The position numbers and the translations under genes are program-made. Positions 36,997 through 49,010 of a stretch of 64,000 nt of DNA are shown here, piece by piece. The number at the start of each line of letters is the position of its first letter. Positions within the stretch are counted from its first letter, which is position 1. The stretch comes from Ranitomeya imitator. Taxonomy: Eukaryota. The notes beneath the pieces are model-generated. The model was not told where the DNA came from. It was given only the letters and a program-made list of their open reading frames with translations, and ran no database searches. Where the stretch lies: assembly GCF_032444005.1 (NCBI RefSeq), contig NC_091284.1, forward strand, positions 692,974,001-693,038,000, in the 5' to 3' direction.

Positions 36997-38900
36997 TTAT
37001 TTGCCACTAGTCTGTTTGACCAGCTTGCAGTGCGATATGTGGATCCATGTCGGCCTTCCTTCCAGCTTTACTGACATAGGAGTGATGAGGACTTGGTAGG
37101 GACCGTCATACAAGGGTTCTAGTCCGTGTTTTCTGACATAGCTTTTCACGACCATAAAACCACCAGGCTTCAAATTGTGACCAATATCGGTTTCTGCTGA
37201 ATCTGGAAGGGAAGAAGAAACTAAAACATGGGTGTTAGCAACATTTTTACTAAGCTGAATAACATATTGAACAGCACGGTCAATTTCTTCTGACAACTAC
37301 TGAGACTGAAAATTTGCAACTGAGAACCTAGCACCAAACAATATCTCCTATGGGGACAGGCCATATTTTGCAATAGGGGTAGTATGAATGTGTAAGCCCT
37401 GGCCATGGAGCCGTAGTCTCCTGCATCATTTTGGTCAATTGTCCCTTCAGTGTGCCGTTCAGCCTCTTAACTTTCCTACTAGATTGTGGATGGTACGGAG
37501 TATGGAGGGCTACAGTGGATCTAAGCATTGTCAGAACCTCCTGATACACGAGAAGAAAAGGCCGGGCCTTGGTCACTTTCATCAACTTCTGGAACACCAT
37601 ATCTGCATATAACTTCTATCACCAGTTTCTTTGCAGTCACGTTGGTAACGGGGAATACTTCTGGCCAACTGGAGAACATATCGACAACCACCAGACAATA
37701 TTCATACCTTCCAGACTTGGGCAACGTGATGTGGTCCTGTCGTCCACCTGGAGCTTTTGGAAAGGATAATCGGGCTTAGCAAGATGCTTCGGGGGTACAC
37801 GTTGAAGTTGACCGAGATTGCAGGTCTGACAGATACCTCGATGTGTGGGCCCATGCGCCCACGTGGCAATAGCAGGGTACATCCGCTTAGGGAGACACAC
37901 AAGTTGGTCCTTTTTCCAGTGACCATTGTCCATACGTGCTCCATCAGCTTTCCACTGCTTCACTTCTTCCTTTGGAAACATTCTCTGCATCGTCATTAAG
38001 CGGTCTTGCGGGGTCCGGCAGAAAACCTCAGTCTGTCGTAGATCATCAGGTTCCTGTAGAGTCAGTGTTTCTTGTAACTGTTTACGCTGAGAGCGTGTGG
38101 TCACCATAGCTGGTATGGTCTGTTCAACGGGTAGGAGAGCATCAGCTTTTGCTTGCATATCTGCAAAGGTGTTACCAACAGTCTGTGGACTGTTCCATAG
38201 TACCATGCTCCTTAACTTTGATAATGGCCACCTGGGTAGGTAATTCGATTGCGTCCATGAGGGTTTTAACAGCTTCAACATTCTTCACTGAGTCCCGGCA
38301 GTAGTAACAAATCCTCGATTGGCTCATAGGGCTCCGAAATCATGAGCAATACCAAATGCATACTGTGAGTCCGTGTATATATTAGCCCGCCTGTCTTTGG
38401 CCAAAGTACATGTAGTAGACAGATCCTGAAATTCTGCTTCTTGTCCTGACAGGATGGGAGGGAGTGAGTGCAGCTCCGTGCACTACAGTGTCTTCCATAG
38501 TAACAGCGTATCCTGTGTGGAGTCTGCCAAAATCATCAGCATATCTTGAACAGTCTTTCAGGGCTTTGTAGAGAAATTGCATTATGCGGGGTGCGTCTGG
38601 TATCCACTGACAACAATAAGTACATAGTCCAAGGAAACGTTGGAGTTCAGTCTCATCTTTTGTAGCTGCCGGCTATTTTTCTTCTGTGAGGTGTCTACCA
38701 CCCCGAAGGAGACAGTGACCCAAAAATATCACTTGACCAAGGCAGAACCGAAGTTTCGAGGCCGAAACCCGACAGTTCAGATCTGCCAGATACTTGCGAA
38801 AACTAACAGTGGCAACAATGGCTTCCTGCTCTGTCTGTGCACACAACAAAAAACAAAAAATTTACCCACATACTGAAGCAACGTGACATAGGTATATTCT
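36997..38900 (-). pseudogene. ERV pol remnants (short RT tail, RNase H, integrase)
   Basis: RNase H (IYTDSQYAFG, GNTFAD); integrase core (LVVVDMFSSWPE, SDQGPAF, HTPYHPQSS); GPY/F motif (LYDGPYQV); most of RT missing; many frameshifts. Confidence 0.88.
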
Positions 38901-39407
38901 AACTGCCAGGGTTAGAGACACTATCCCCCCTATTTTTTTTTTTTTTTTACAAACTGATTGGGAAAGGGCATGTAAGATACACATCTCATTATACTCATCT
39001 ACATAGGGGTTATATAACGTAAGGACCATCTGACCATCATCTTGGCTCACCAACTCTCTAGGTCTGCTCAGGTGCACTTATACGTCCATCATATTGTCTT
39101 TGTCTGTATAATGGGAAAGGTTTGTTCTCAGGGTCAGCCAATTATTTTAGCGTAGCTAGCTAGTCAGAGGGCTTCCAGGGATAATACTCCTGTATCTGTC
39201 TTGCACTACCTGATGTGGTTGGTTCTCTGGTGGTGGGGGGTGACTAGATGACCGGTTGGGGGTGACATGACATGCTGGTCTACAGCTCCTTCCCAAAAGG
39301 ATTACTGTCAGCTTACTCCCAAAAGTTAATGTCCCCACTAACCACAATCCTGTGTCAGCTTCTTATATCACTACATGTGATCTTATCTGGACAGGATTCA
39401 GCGTAAT

Positions 39408-39850
39408 TCACTTAGGTTGGGTTGCAGCACAGATTATACAAGTATTTCTCCAGTCTGGGTTTGTCTGATCGCAATGTTTACAAATCCATCTGTCTTGTCT
39501 TGGTCTGAGAATTAACATGGCAAGGGAGATTTCCAGACACAGGGTTAAAATGGATATTGGAGTATGAGACTGGATTTGTGTAGGGGAGGGGGAGCTGGAG
39601 CTGAAATCTGTTTCTTGGGCCACTGATAAGGAAGCGAGCTGCGAGCTGTGTCCTTGAAGCTGTGGGGGCCAGAGAGCGTTGGGGGCTACAGAGCGAGCAG
39701 AGATCGCTGCAGCTGCTGATACAGAATGGGTTAAGTTCTTCTGGAAACTTTGTACTACTTTTAATGCATCGTCCGGAGTGGAATTCTCGATGTCAGGTCT
39801 AACTGACATTATTGCCTCTTTCAATTCAGATTTAAAACTCTGACATCAAA
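39408..39850 (-). pseudogene. ERV gag C-terminal remnant ending in a RanBP2-type C4 zinc finger
   Basis: Gag position between leader and pol; capsid-like ...KEAIMSVRPD...DDALKVVQSF; WICKHCDQTNPDWRNTCIIC fits W-x-C-x2-C-x3-N-x6-C-x2-C. Confidence 0.7.
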
Positions 39851-41612
39851 GCTACCACAAAAATATGTGAATGGGCTTTATTATACAGTGAAAACCCCAG
39901 ATCTTTAAACACTACCATAAGGACACCCATAGAACTTCTCGGCAGTCTAGGATATATTGGTGCCTTGGGGTTAAGGGGCACAGAGCTTAGTCGGGAGGGA
40001 CCATATTACCTAACAGGGAGCCCCCCTGTACCAAATTTCTTATTGTTTGCTTTCCCAACACATTAATCTCAGTCACTTTCTCAGTTCCTTCCTGCACCAT
40101 AAACATCCAGTTTTTTTTTGTTTGTTTTTTTTTCAACGTAACAAAACAGATCCAAATTCACTTTCTCTGTTAATCCTTAATTTGCTATATATCAACCATT
40201 CAACTTGAAACAGGTGAATCTTTTACCAATTTTTTTTTTTTTTTTTTCAATTACACTGATAACCAAACAATCTCTTACAAGTGCCTTCTAAAACAAAACA
40301 CCATATTTTACTTTAAACTTACAATAATTCTTACTACACAAAGGGAAAACGCAGCGACTCGACCCCCTCCATAGCAGAAACACGGAACAGATAAGAACAT
40401 CACAGCATTCCTCAACACAAAAGAAAGCAATAGCGCAGCGGTTTGACCCCTCCCATCGGGTGTCTCGGAAAACCACACAGAGTAACGAAATTCAGCAGTT
40501 CTCAGACTCAATTGATTTCTACAAAACCTTCACACAACTCATATGCCAGAACACCCTAGGAAAACTAATGATTCAGGTATTTTATAACCAAACACGGGCT
40601 CTGCATCCTTTCATCTTTCCTCTCCATCAACCTTTTTCAATTCCTCGTTCTTTAAACCTCGCGCAACTAGCAGATGAGCTTGCGCTTGTTCTAACAGTCC
40701 TTCATCTTTCAACATTCTTGACTGCCTTCTTGCCCTCCCGTGACTCTACTATTGTCTAGACTTCCACAGCATCCTCACTTAACTCGTGGGGCACGGACTT
40801 CTTCTGCTATAAGAGACGCAACATGACTCACAGAATACTATGCCCTTCTGCAGCAGGCCGCTGACAGCGACAGCAACACTTGTGTCCTAAGCACGGAGCC
40901 TCGCGTTCGACGTGCTATGAATAAAGAGCCTCGCGCTCAATATTTTTCCCTAACCTGAACACCAGTGATTACAGTCTGCCCTGTCACGATATTCTAAACG
41001 TTGGGAGGCGGTCTCCTAGTGAGACCCCTCCACTGAGATTCTGATGGTCCCCCCACTTGGGACGTCTTAATTACCAATGTGATTCTGGTGGTCCCCCCAC
41101 TTGGGACGTCTTAATTACCAATGTGTGCAAGTAAGTGATTCTGGTGGTCCCCCTCTTGGGACGTCTTAATTACCAATATGTACAATATCACAGAGGCTGC
41201 GTCTCCTATCCCTTTCTCACAGCCGCCCCCAATCCACAAACTTCCTCAATCTTTCACTCTATCACTACTAGGCAATAGTCACGGGTAGGGTGGTTGAATG
41301 GAGTACAATGACCGGTGGAGGAGGTGTGGTGTACACGAGGACGTGCAGAATGCAACGTCTCTCAGTTGCTGGTTCGAAGCGTGGCACGGGATCGCGCTCG
41401 GTCTCACCACTCGACCGGTCACTCCCCAGACCCAAGGAGACCACCCACAGACTAACCAATAACGGCTGAAACACTAGCAAGTGTGACACATACATAGTAT
41501 GCGATCTCCACTTACCGTGCTTAGAGGGTGATCAGTCCTCGAGGTCAGCCACTACGGGTGTCATCCACGGACGTCCAGGCATAGGTCCAGGGGGTCTCGG
41601 ATCGCGGGCCAC

Positions 41613-41632
41613 GCCCCACGTTTGTTGCGCCA
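41613..41632 (-). promoter_or_regulatory. Primer-binding site resembling tRNA-Lys(CUU)
   Basis: Minus strand TGGCGCAACAAACGTGGGGC, 3 nt after the 5' LTR, vs canonical Lys1,2 PBS TGGCGCCCAACGTGGGGC. Confidence 0.78.
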
Positions 41633-41635
41633 AAT

Positions 41636-42242
41636 TGTCGGGGTCGTCACGACAATACCCTTCCTTCACCAGTCATTCCAAATCAGATTTAAAGCCGTGG
41701 TACCGGAGTGAAGAATGAGTCAGACAAAAGCTGGTTCAAACTCAGTGCCTGCTTATGCTTCCACACATAGTGGTAACCTCACAGCAACTACTTTATTTTC
41801 TAATACACAACATTATATGACCTATTGGGGGAAGGTGTGCAGAGGGTGGGGTTAGGCGGGGTTTAAGCAATGTATCTAGTATTCAGTCCTTCTGGTTGGT
41901 CTGACATCATATGATGGATCCTCCTTCCTCCACGTCACTTAAAATTTCCATTTCTCCAAGAACGATACCTTAGCTTCAGAAACGAAAGTAGATTCTTGGC
42001 AAGAACAAAAACTAAGGCGTCACGTTAAGTTTCGATTTCCAGAGAAATGATACTTGGCTTCTGGAATGTGAAACTTGTTTCTTCAGCCGAGTGAATCTGG
42101 GACAAAGGTGAATACTGGCGCAGCCATCTTAACTACAGTTAAATTTGCATTAATAAGCATGAAGGGGAAAAACTTATTGTTTCACAGCATAAGAATATAT
42201 ACATATACAAGAGTATAAAGACATTATATTTTCACCTTGACA
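41636..42242 (-). repeat. ERV 5' LTR (607 bp)
   Basis: About 8 substitutions and 4 small indels relative to the 3' LTR by manual alignment. Confidence 0.95.
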
Positions 42243-43537
42243 TCAGTACGATTACAGCGATACCTCATTTATATCATTTTTTTTATGTTTTGGCGCTTTT
42301 ATACGATAAAAAACATTTTATAGAAAAAATAATTATTTTTGCATCGCTTTATTCTGAAGACTATAACTTTTTTATTTTTTTGCTGATGTTGCTGTATGGC
42401 GGCTCGTTTTTTGCGGGACAAGATGACGCTTTCAGCGGTACCATGCTTATGTATATCTGTCTTTTTGATCGCGTGTTATTCCACTTTTTGTTCGGCGGTA
42501 TGATAATAAAGCGTTTTTTGCCTCGTTTTTTTTTTTTTTTTTTTCTTACGGTGTTTACTGAAGGGGTTAACTAGTGGGCCAGTTTTATAGGTCGGGCCGT
42601 TACGGATGCGGCGATACTAAATATGTGCACTTTTATTGTTTTGTTTTTTTTATTTAGATAAAGAAATGTATTTATGGGAATAATATATATATTTTTTTAT
42701 TCATTTAGGATTTTTTTTTTTTTTTTTACACACTTGTAAAAAATTTTTTTTACTTTTTTACTTTGTCCCGGGGGGGGGGGGGGGGGGGGACAATACAGAT
42801 CGGTGGTCTGCCAGTTTGCACAGCACTCTGACAGATCACCGATCTGTCAAACAGCGCTGCAGCGTTACCAAGTGCCTGCTCTGAGCAGGCACTTGGTAAG
42901 CCACCTCCCTCCCTGCAGGACCCGGATCCGCGGCCATCCTGGATCCGGACTTGCTGCAGGGAGGAGGTGAGAGACCCCCGGAGCAACGCGATCACATCGC
43001 GTTGCTGCGGGGGTCCCAGGGAAGCCCGCAGGGAGCCCCCTCCCTGCGCGATGCTTCCCTGCACCGCCGGCACATCGCGATCATGTTTGATCGCGGTGTG
43101 CCGGGGGTTAATGTGCCGGGGGCGGTCCGTGATCGCTCCTGGCACATAGTGCCGGATGTCAGCTGCGATAAGCAGCTGACACCCGGCCGCGATCGGCCGC
43201 GCTCCCCCCGTGAGCGCGGCCGATCGCCTATGATGTACTATTCTGTCCTTGGGAAGTAAAGCCCACCCCACATGGACGGAATAGTAAGTCTAATGGCAGA
43301 AAGGGGTTAAGGGTATAAAAATTTAAAGTTTGAAAATTGCAAACTTTTTGCCAAATTTCCGTTTTTTTCCATAAATAAACGCAAGTAATATCGAAGAAAT
43401 GTTACCACTAACATGAAGTACAATATGTCACAAAAAAAAAACAGCCTCTGAATCAATGGGACCCGTTGACGCGTTCCAGAGCTATAACCTCATAAAGTGA
43501 CAGTGGTTAGAATTGTAAAATTTGGCCTGGTCATTAA

Positions 43538-43865
43538 AGGGACACTGTCACCTGAATTTGGAGGGAACAATCTTCAGCCATGGAGGCGGGGTTTTGGGGT
43601 TTTTGATTCACCCTTTCCTTACCCGCTGGCTGCATGCTGGCTGCATTATTGGATTGAAGTTCATTCTCTGTCCTCCGTAGTACATGCCTGCACAAGGCAA
43701 TCTTGCACAGCGCAGGCGTGTACTATGGAGGACAGAGAATGAACTTCAATCCAATATTGCAGCCAGCATGCAGCCAGCGGGTAAGGAAAGGGTGAATCAG
43801 AAACCCCAAAACCCCGCCTCCATGGCTGAAGATTGTTCCCTCCAAATTCAGGTGACAGTTTCCCT
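43538..43865. mobile_element. Kolobok/T2-type palindromic MITE
   Basis: TTAA on both sides; close copy of 7391-7720. Confidence 0.88.
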
Positions 43866-45067
43866 TTAAGTTCCAAATTGCCTTTGTCACTAAGGTGTTA
43901 ACCTCTAGGTGAAGAGTGTTCCAATGCTGGAAGTAAGGCTACCAGTGAGCTGTCGGCTTTCAGTCATTGTGGGCGGTGCAGGGAGCATTGCCATACTGTG
44001 AGTGCCACTGTAAGCACGCCCCTGTACTTTAACAGATGGCGCTGTAGAGCATCTGTGCAGATCAGGCTGTCAGTCTCCGAGAGTGCTTACATCGGTACTG
44101 TGAGTGATGAGTACAATTGCTGCCTGCACCGCCCCCATGACTGAAAGCCGGCAAAATAAGTTAATTTTTTTTCCTGAAAGGTACAATTCTAGTAATATAG
44201 CTGTACAGCATGTTAACTCAGTTTACCTGCAGATTAACCCTATATTTCCAGGTAAATAGTATTTTTTTTTTTTTTAGTTTAAGTAGTTATAATCTCTCCA
44301 CTAGATTTGCAGCGCTGCAGTTGAGGAGTTTGGATTGAGTGGCAGTCGGGTATGTACCCAGCTACTCCATTCAGTGTCTGTTTTTGTTGGTGCCATATAT
44401 TTTGCGTCTTCTGAGCGGTGTCACTCAGTCTCGTAGGCAGCGGCAGGGCACATGCTTGATATCTACTTGCTTTAATCTTGCTGCTGGGAGAAAATCTCTT
44501 TAACAAAAGTAGCATTCCTATTCAGTAGTTCATGACTGTCAAAAAATTCTTTTATTTTCCAACACCAGGTAGAATTCATATTTTATTGCTAAATATTGGT
44601 TTATTTTAATATGAAAATGCTAGATGTCCATTATGGTGTCTCAGTTAGGGCTCTCCTAAAGTTATTCCCACTCCCAGCGCCCCCCAAAAAGTTATCCTAT
44701 ATCTATAGGGTGTCTCGGCGAACCCAAGATCGGGCTTTTGAACCCTCCTGTCTTGAACGGAGAAAAGGTAAATGTGCTCTGCTTCTTCTCCATTTATTGC
44801 CTATGGGACTAAGTGCAGCACTCGACTATTTTTGGCAGTCCCATAGACAATGAATGGAGTAGACACCTCATCTCCACTCCTTTGAGAACAAGACTGCATA
44901 GGCTTGTTCTTGGGGTCTGATCTCAAGATCGCTGGGGGTCCCAATGGTAAGACTGCTAGTGTTTAGGGGATGACTTTATTTTGGGAGGTGGGGGCACACT
45001 ATTAAAATACCAAATATCTTGAAATTGCAGAAAATGTAATTTGTGCTTGTTTGTGTCTTTTCTATAG

Positions 45068-45268
45068 GTATTATGGAGGGGCCGAAGTGGTGGATCAGAT
45101 TGAGTTGCTGTGTCAGCGACGGTCATTGGAGGCCTTTAAATTGGACCCAGAAAAGTGGGGTGTGAATGTGCAGCCATATTCTGGCTCCCCAGCTAACTTT
45201 GCAGCGTACACCGCACTTCTGCAGCCACATGACCGTCTCATGGGGCTCGATCTCCCAGATGGAGGACA
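45068..45268 (+). CDS. SHMT2: SHMT2 coding exon (human exon 4 homolog)
   Basis: ctatag|G TAT...GGA CA|gtaagt; [66 protein letters not shown](H); 201 nt. Confidence 0.98.
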
Positions 45269-46354
45269 GTAAGTATACAGGAGTCGAGTACATTGTCCAC
45301 TCGGTGATGAAACCAAACATACAAAGTCTGTGCATCAGGTGAGAAAGGAACCAAATGTGGTTTATCCGCTCACACTTACTGATGGGCACTGACAATCCAA
45401 TTCATAGGATATTAAAACATTTTTATTTTAAATGCTTTAGAGCCTAAAATAAATACAAAAAATACAGTTTTAATGTCCTACAAATTGGATTTTCATGACC
45501 TTTTAGAGAGCTGGGCTCAGCCACATTTGGCTCCTTTTCTTCTGATCTCTGGTCGGAAGACTCTTGGACCTGCAGTAGCTGTTCATACCTATATATGCAT
45601 CTCAGGTTAGAATATCCTTCATGGCGTTATTTGTTGTTCTTCTCGAAGACCCTTTTTTCCGCTTTTCTTTGCTCTACGTTTCTGCTATGTCTTTGCATTA
45701 GGACATGTTTCTACATCTGATAGAATTATATAATCCCAGTTGCAGTTTCCCACTGATTTATTGCTGAATTTGTAATTAACCGCCTGTATCTCGCGGTGAC
45801 GTTACCTTTCAGTTCACACTCTACCCTTTTCTATACATTACAATAGACTGTCTCTTCTTTTTCTATGTGCCTTGAACGTTACTGATGCCGCCGGTTTGGC
45901 TTATGAGATTTGTCCAGTCCATTGATAAGGATTGAAGGGGAATTCTCCTCTCACCAAGTGGTGGTCGGGAAGTGCTATCACTTGGCAATCTCTGGGGGTC
46001 CAATACTTATCCGAGAGTGGAATAGGCTGTAGCCTTCACATATTTTCGGCACAGAAGAGTTTTCAGCTACTCGCCACTCCAGGAAAATCCTGTGAAGGTG
46101 AAGCGGCACTGTGACACCTTTATTCTGAGGATCAATGGGGGTCCCAGAGGTGGGATCATTACATCCTGGCATACCCCACCAATATCGCTTACTAAGGTGG
46201 GAAGACGCCTATAAGGCATGGATATATCTTCTCGAAAAGCTCATCACTCCCAAGTAGCCTCCATTCAGTTCTGTGCGTTTCTGCCAGTTGTCGTTGATTT
46301 ACATAGAAGTGGCGCTATATAGATAGATTATAATTTATTATATTCTGGTATTAA

Positions 46355-46672
46355 GGAGGTTGTCCACGACTTCTTGATTAACACCCAGCACCCCTGTCAT
46401 TCAGCTGTTATCGGTGGTGACCGCTGGCCAGAAGTACTCACTTGCCGATCTGCTATAGCGGCTGAGGCTGGGTACTGCACATCTGCCGTGAAATCATTAG
46501 GATCCGGATGTGTAGTACCTGCTGTGAGAAGACGACCAGCTTGGCAAGTGCGTACTTGTGGCTGCTGACACCGGTAACAGCTGATCGGCGGGGATGCTTA
46601 GGTGTCGGACCCTGGCCGATCAGACATCGATGGCCGGACATGCCATCCATGTAAAATTAGTGGACCGCCTCT
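46355..46672. mobile_element. Kolobok/T2-type MITE (decayed)
   Basis: TTAA|ggaggttgtccac ... gtggaccgcctct|TTAA. Confidence 0.65.
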
Positions 46673-46906
46673 TTAATGCTATGATACATTGTCATCTTCT
46701 AATTTCACACATTGATACCATTTTACATTATTGTCACAATTATGTATTTTTTATATTTTAACTCTCTCCCTCCCACCCGACCATAAGCTGCACGTTATTG
46801 CTTGTATGTAGGAGTTGGCGATCTCTTCTTTCTCTGCTGCGTAATTCTGAGCTCTTACTCAATGATTACAGAAAAACCCCTTATACTCTGACAATTTCTG
46901 TAATAA

Positions 46907-47708
46907 CACAGGTCTGCAAAAAAAAATTTTTTTCAAGAGCTGTTTTGGTTATTCCACATAATCTTTGTTTTTAAGTGCGCTGAATCCGAAAATGACCTCC
47001 GTTTTGTCATAGGGCATCACGTTTTTCTGACAATTTAAGTAACTAGGTTAAATAAGACAATACCTCAAAATAAATGAAAAGACTCATAAAATTAATTTTT
47101 TATTACAAATGTTTCATGAAAATCATTTTTTAACTGCAATGAGATCACTAACACTTAGTAAAATGGATTCTTCTTCCCCGTGAGGCTTCTCTTGGTACAT
47201 TTACGCTTGTGAGGAGCATCTGGAACGTCTCTCTGAAGCGTCCAACAGTAGTCTGCCATCATTGTAATGCTCCATCTTCCCTGGTATCTTCTTTCCATCT
47301 CGTTAATGTCCTGGTGGAATCGTTCACCTTGCTCTTGACTCACAGCTCCCAAATTTTCAGGAAAGTTATCAAGGTGGGAATGGAGGAAATGAACTTTCAT
47401 ACTCATCAGGCAACCTAAAGCTTGAAATGCTTTCAGCATTCGTCCGACGACTTTTTTTTTTTGTAGTCAGGGTCTTGTATATCTTCAATGCATTGATGTG
47501 AATTAATTAATAGTAATTTTGACTTTCAAAACCCTAAGATAAAAAAAATACCAAAAATTGAGAAAAATATACTAAATTTGAAGAGAATTTTGCAGCAAAT
47601 CCTGACGTCCAGGATTTTTTTTTCAACATTTTTTTCCGTTTTCAGCACACCAAAATACATGGAAATTAGATGAAAATAATCAAACAGCTTTTCAGTTGCA
47701 GACCTGTG
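46907..47708 (-). mobile_element. Internally deleted Chapaev3-type (CMC) DNA transposon
   Basis: TIR cacaggtctgcaa / ttgcagacctgtg; ORF 47155-47439 has MSMKVHFLHSHLDNFPENLGAVSQEQGERFHQDI...RYQGRW...MMADYCW, the conserved Chapaev C-terminal block; flanks taa/tat. Confidence 0.82.
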
Positions 47709-47766
47709 TATTCTGCTTTACCTAGTTACGTCGTATTGTAACCTGACAATCTGTTCTTTTTCCCAG

Positions 47767-47848
47767 CTTGACCCACGGGTACATGTCCGATGTGAAGCGC
47801 ATATCTGCTACCTCCATTTACTTTGAATCTATGCCTTACAAGCTGAAT
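47767..47848 (+). CDS. SHMT2: SHMT2 coding exon (human exon 5 homolog); absent from the ORF track
   Basis: tcccag|C TTG ACC...CTG AAT|gtaagt; (H)[27 protein letters not shown]; 82 nt. Confidence 0.97.
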
Positions 47849-48626
47849 GTAAGTACCCACTTGTGGCTACTATTTGGCCCCCATAAGAGGCGAGTTTCCA
47901 AAACTGTAGCAAAAAAGTGAAGTAGTTAGGCATGGCAACCAGTCAGGTTTCTGCTCCTATACACCACTGACCAATCCGATGCCTTTTGGTTGGTTGCCAT
48001 GGGCAACTACTGCCTATTGGTTGCCAAGGACCAATTATTACTGCACTTTCGGTCCATTGTGAGAAAAGCGAACTACAGGTGTCGTTTTACTTTGCACCTG
48101 TTTTAATACATCACTTCCACCACGTCATAATAATTTTTATTTTTTTTTTTTATTCCCAGCGATTCTGACATTTACATAAGAGCTGAATCTAAATGAAACC
48201 TAGTACATTTCAGCTAATACGACTGTGCCCAATATTGTGTGTGAATATGGACATGTTTGTGGGGTGTGCACAGCCCCCTGATGTAATGGTATGGCCAGTA
48301 AGCCGGCGTGGTGCACTACACGTACCTGGCACCGGCGTCCTATCTAAGCCTTTTTGTGTGCATTTCTATTACTGGACAACCATCCCCTCATGGAGGATCG
48401 GTGTGCGAGTGGTTGTTAATCTGTGTTTTGCACCCGGGGCATATACTCTCTACGTTATATATATTGGTATCACCATATCAATTCTTCGGATTTGCTGGTA
48501 CATAAAGGACAATGGGTTATTAAACAAATCTCAGACTCAATTATGATTTAATTTTTTTTTTTTTTATATAATTTTGAGTAGAGAGCAATCACGTTACATA
48601 TGATAAAATGCACATCTGTACATATA

Positions 48627-49010
48627 CTGTATTTTGCGGATTATAAAACACACCAGATTATAAGACGCACCCCAAATTTTGAGGAGAAAAATAGGAAAAA
48701 TAAACTTTTTTTTTTTTTTTTAAATAAAATGATGATGCTTCTTATAATCCATGCGTCTTATTTCTTACCGAGGGTGGTGGCTACGGTGAAGTGGGGTCCC
48801 AGGGTCGCTACCGGAGGAGGCAAGAGTGGAACGTTGCTGCAGGCTGGGATGAGGGGACGTTTGGTTGTGCGGGGGTGCTGAGGTCTCCATCTGTGCATGC
48901 GCTGCCCCCGGCAGCCATTTTGCCGGAGTCCACCGCATAGTAAACCATGTAAGTGCAGGGGCTCTGGGGTTTCACAAAATGTCGACAGAGCCCCCGCAGC
49001 ACCGAACATC
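48627..49010 (+). mobile_element. Truncated Tc2/pogo-like MITE
   Basis: TA|ctgtattttgcggattataa...taagacgcacccc terminus, related to 29110 and 49925; no right end. Confidence 0.6.

Larger units (their letters stand above)
34885..42242 (-). mobile_element. Defective class I (gamma/epsilon-like) endogenous retrovirus, 7358 bp
   Basis: Two TG...CA LTRs; 4-bp TSD TCAG; PBS, PPT and gag-pol-env remnants; empty site cttcgggtcagtacgatt in the paralogous host at about 63144-63161. Confidence 0.95.
31439..43306 (+). mobile_element. Inner non-autonomous piggyBac-like element
   Basis: TTAA|cccctttacccc ... ggcagaaagggg|TTAA; colinear with the copy at 60722-64000; internal repeats of about 390 bp. Confidence 0.85.
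28847..43897 (-). mobile_element. Outer non-autonomous piggyBac-like element, host of the 15-kb nest
   Basis: Ends gtaa|ccccttaaagac and gtcactaaggtg|ttaa; 30850-31434 and 43311-43530 are reverse-complement homologs of the inner element and join across its TTAA. Confidence 0.72.

Noticed and set aside
42769-42789. Poly-G run of about 20 nt
   Set aside because: A homopolymer inside the piggyBac-like element, short in the paralog (about 63686); no further structure, and length is error-prone.
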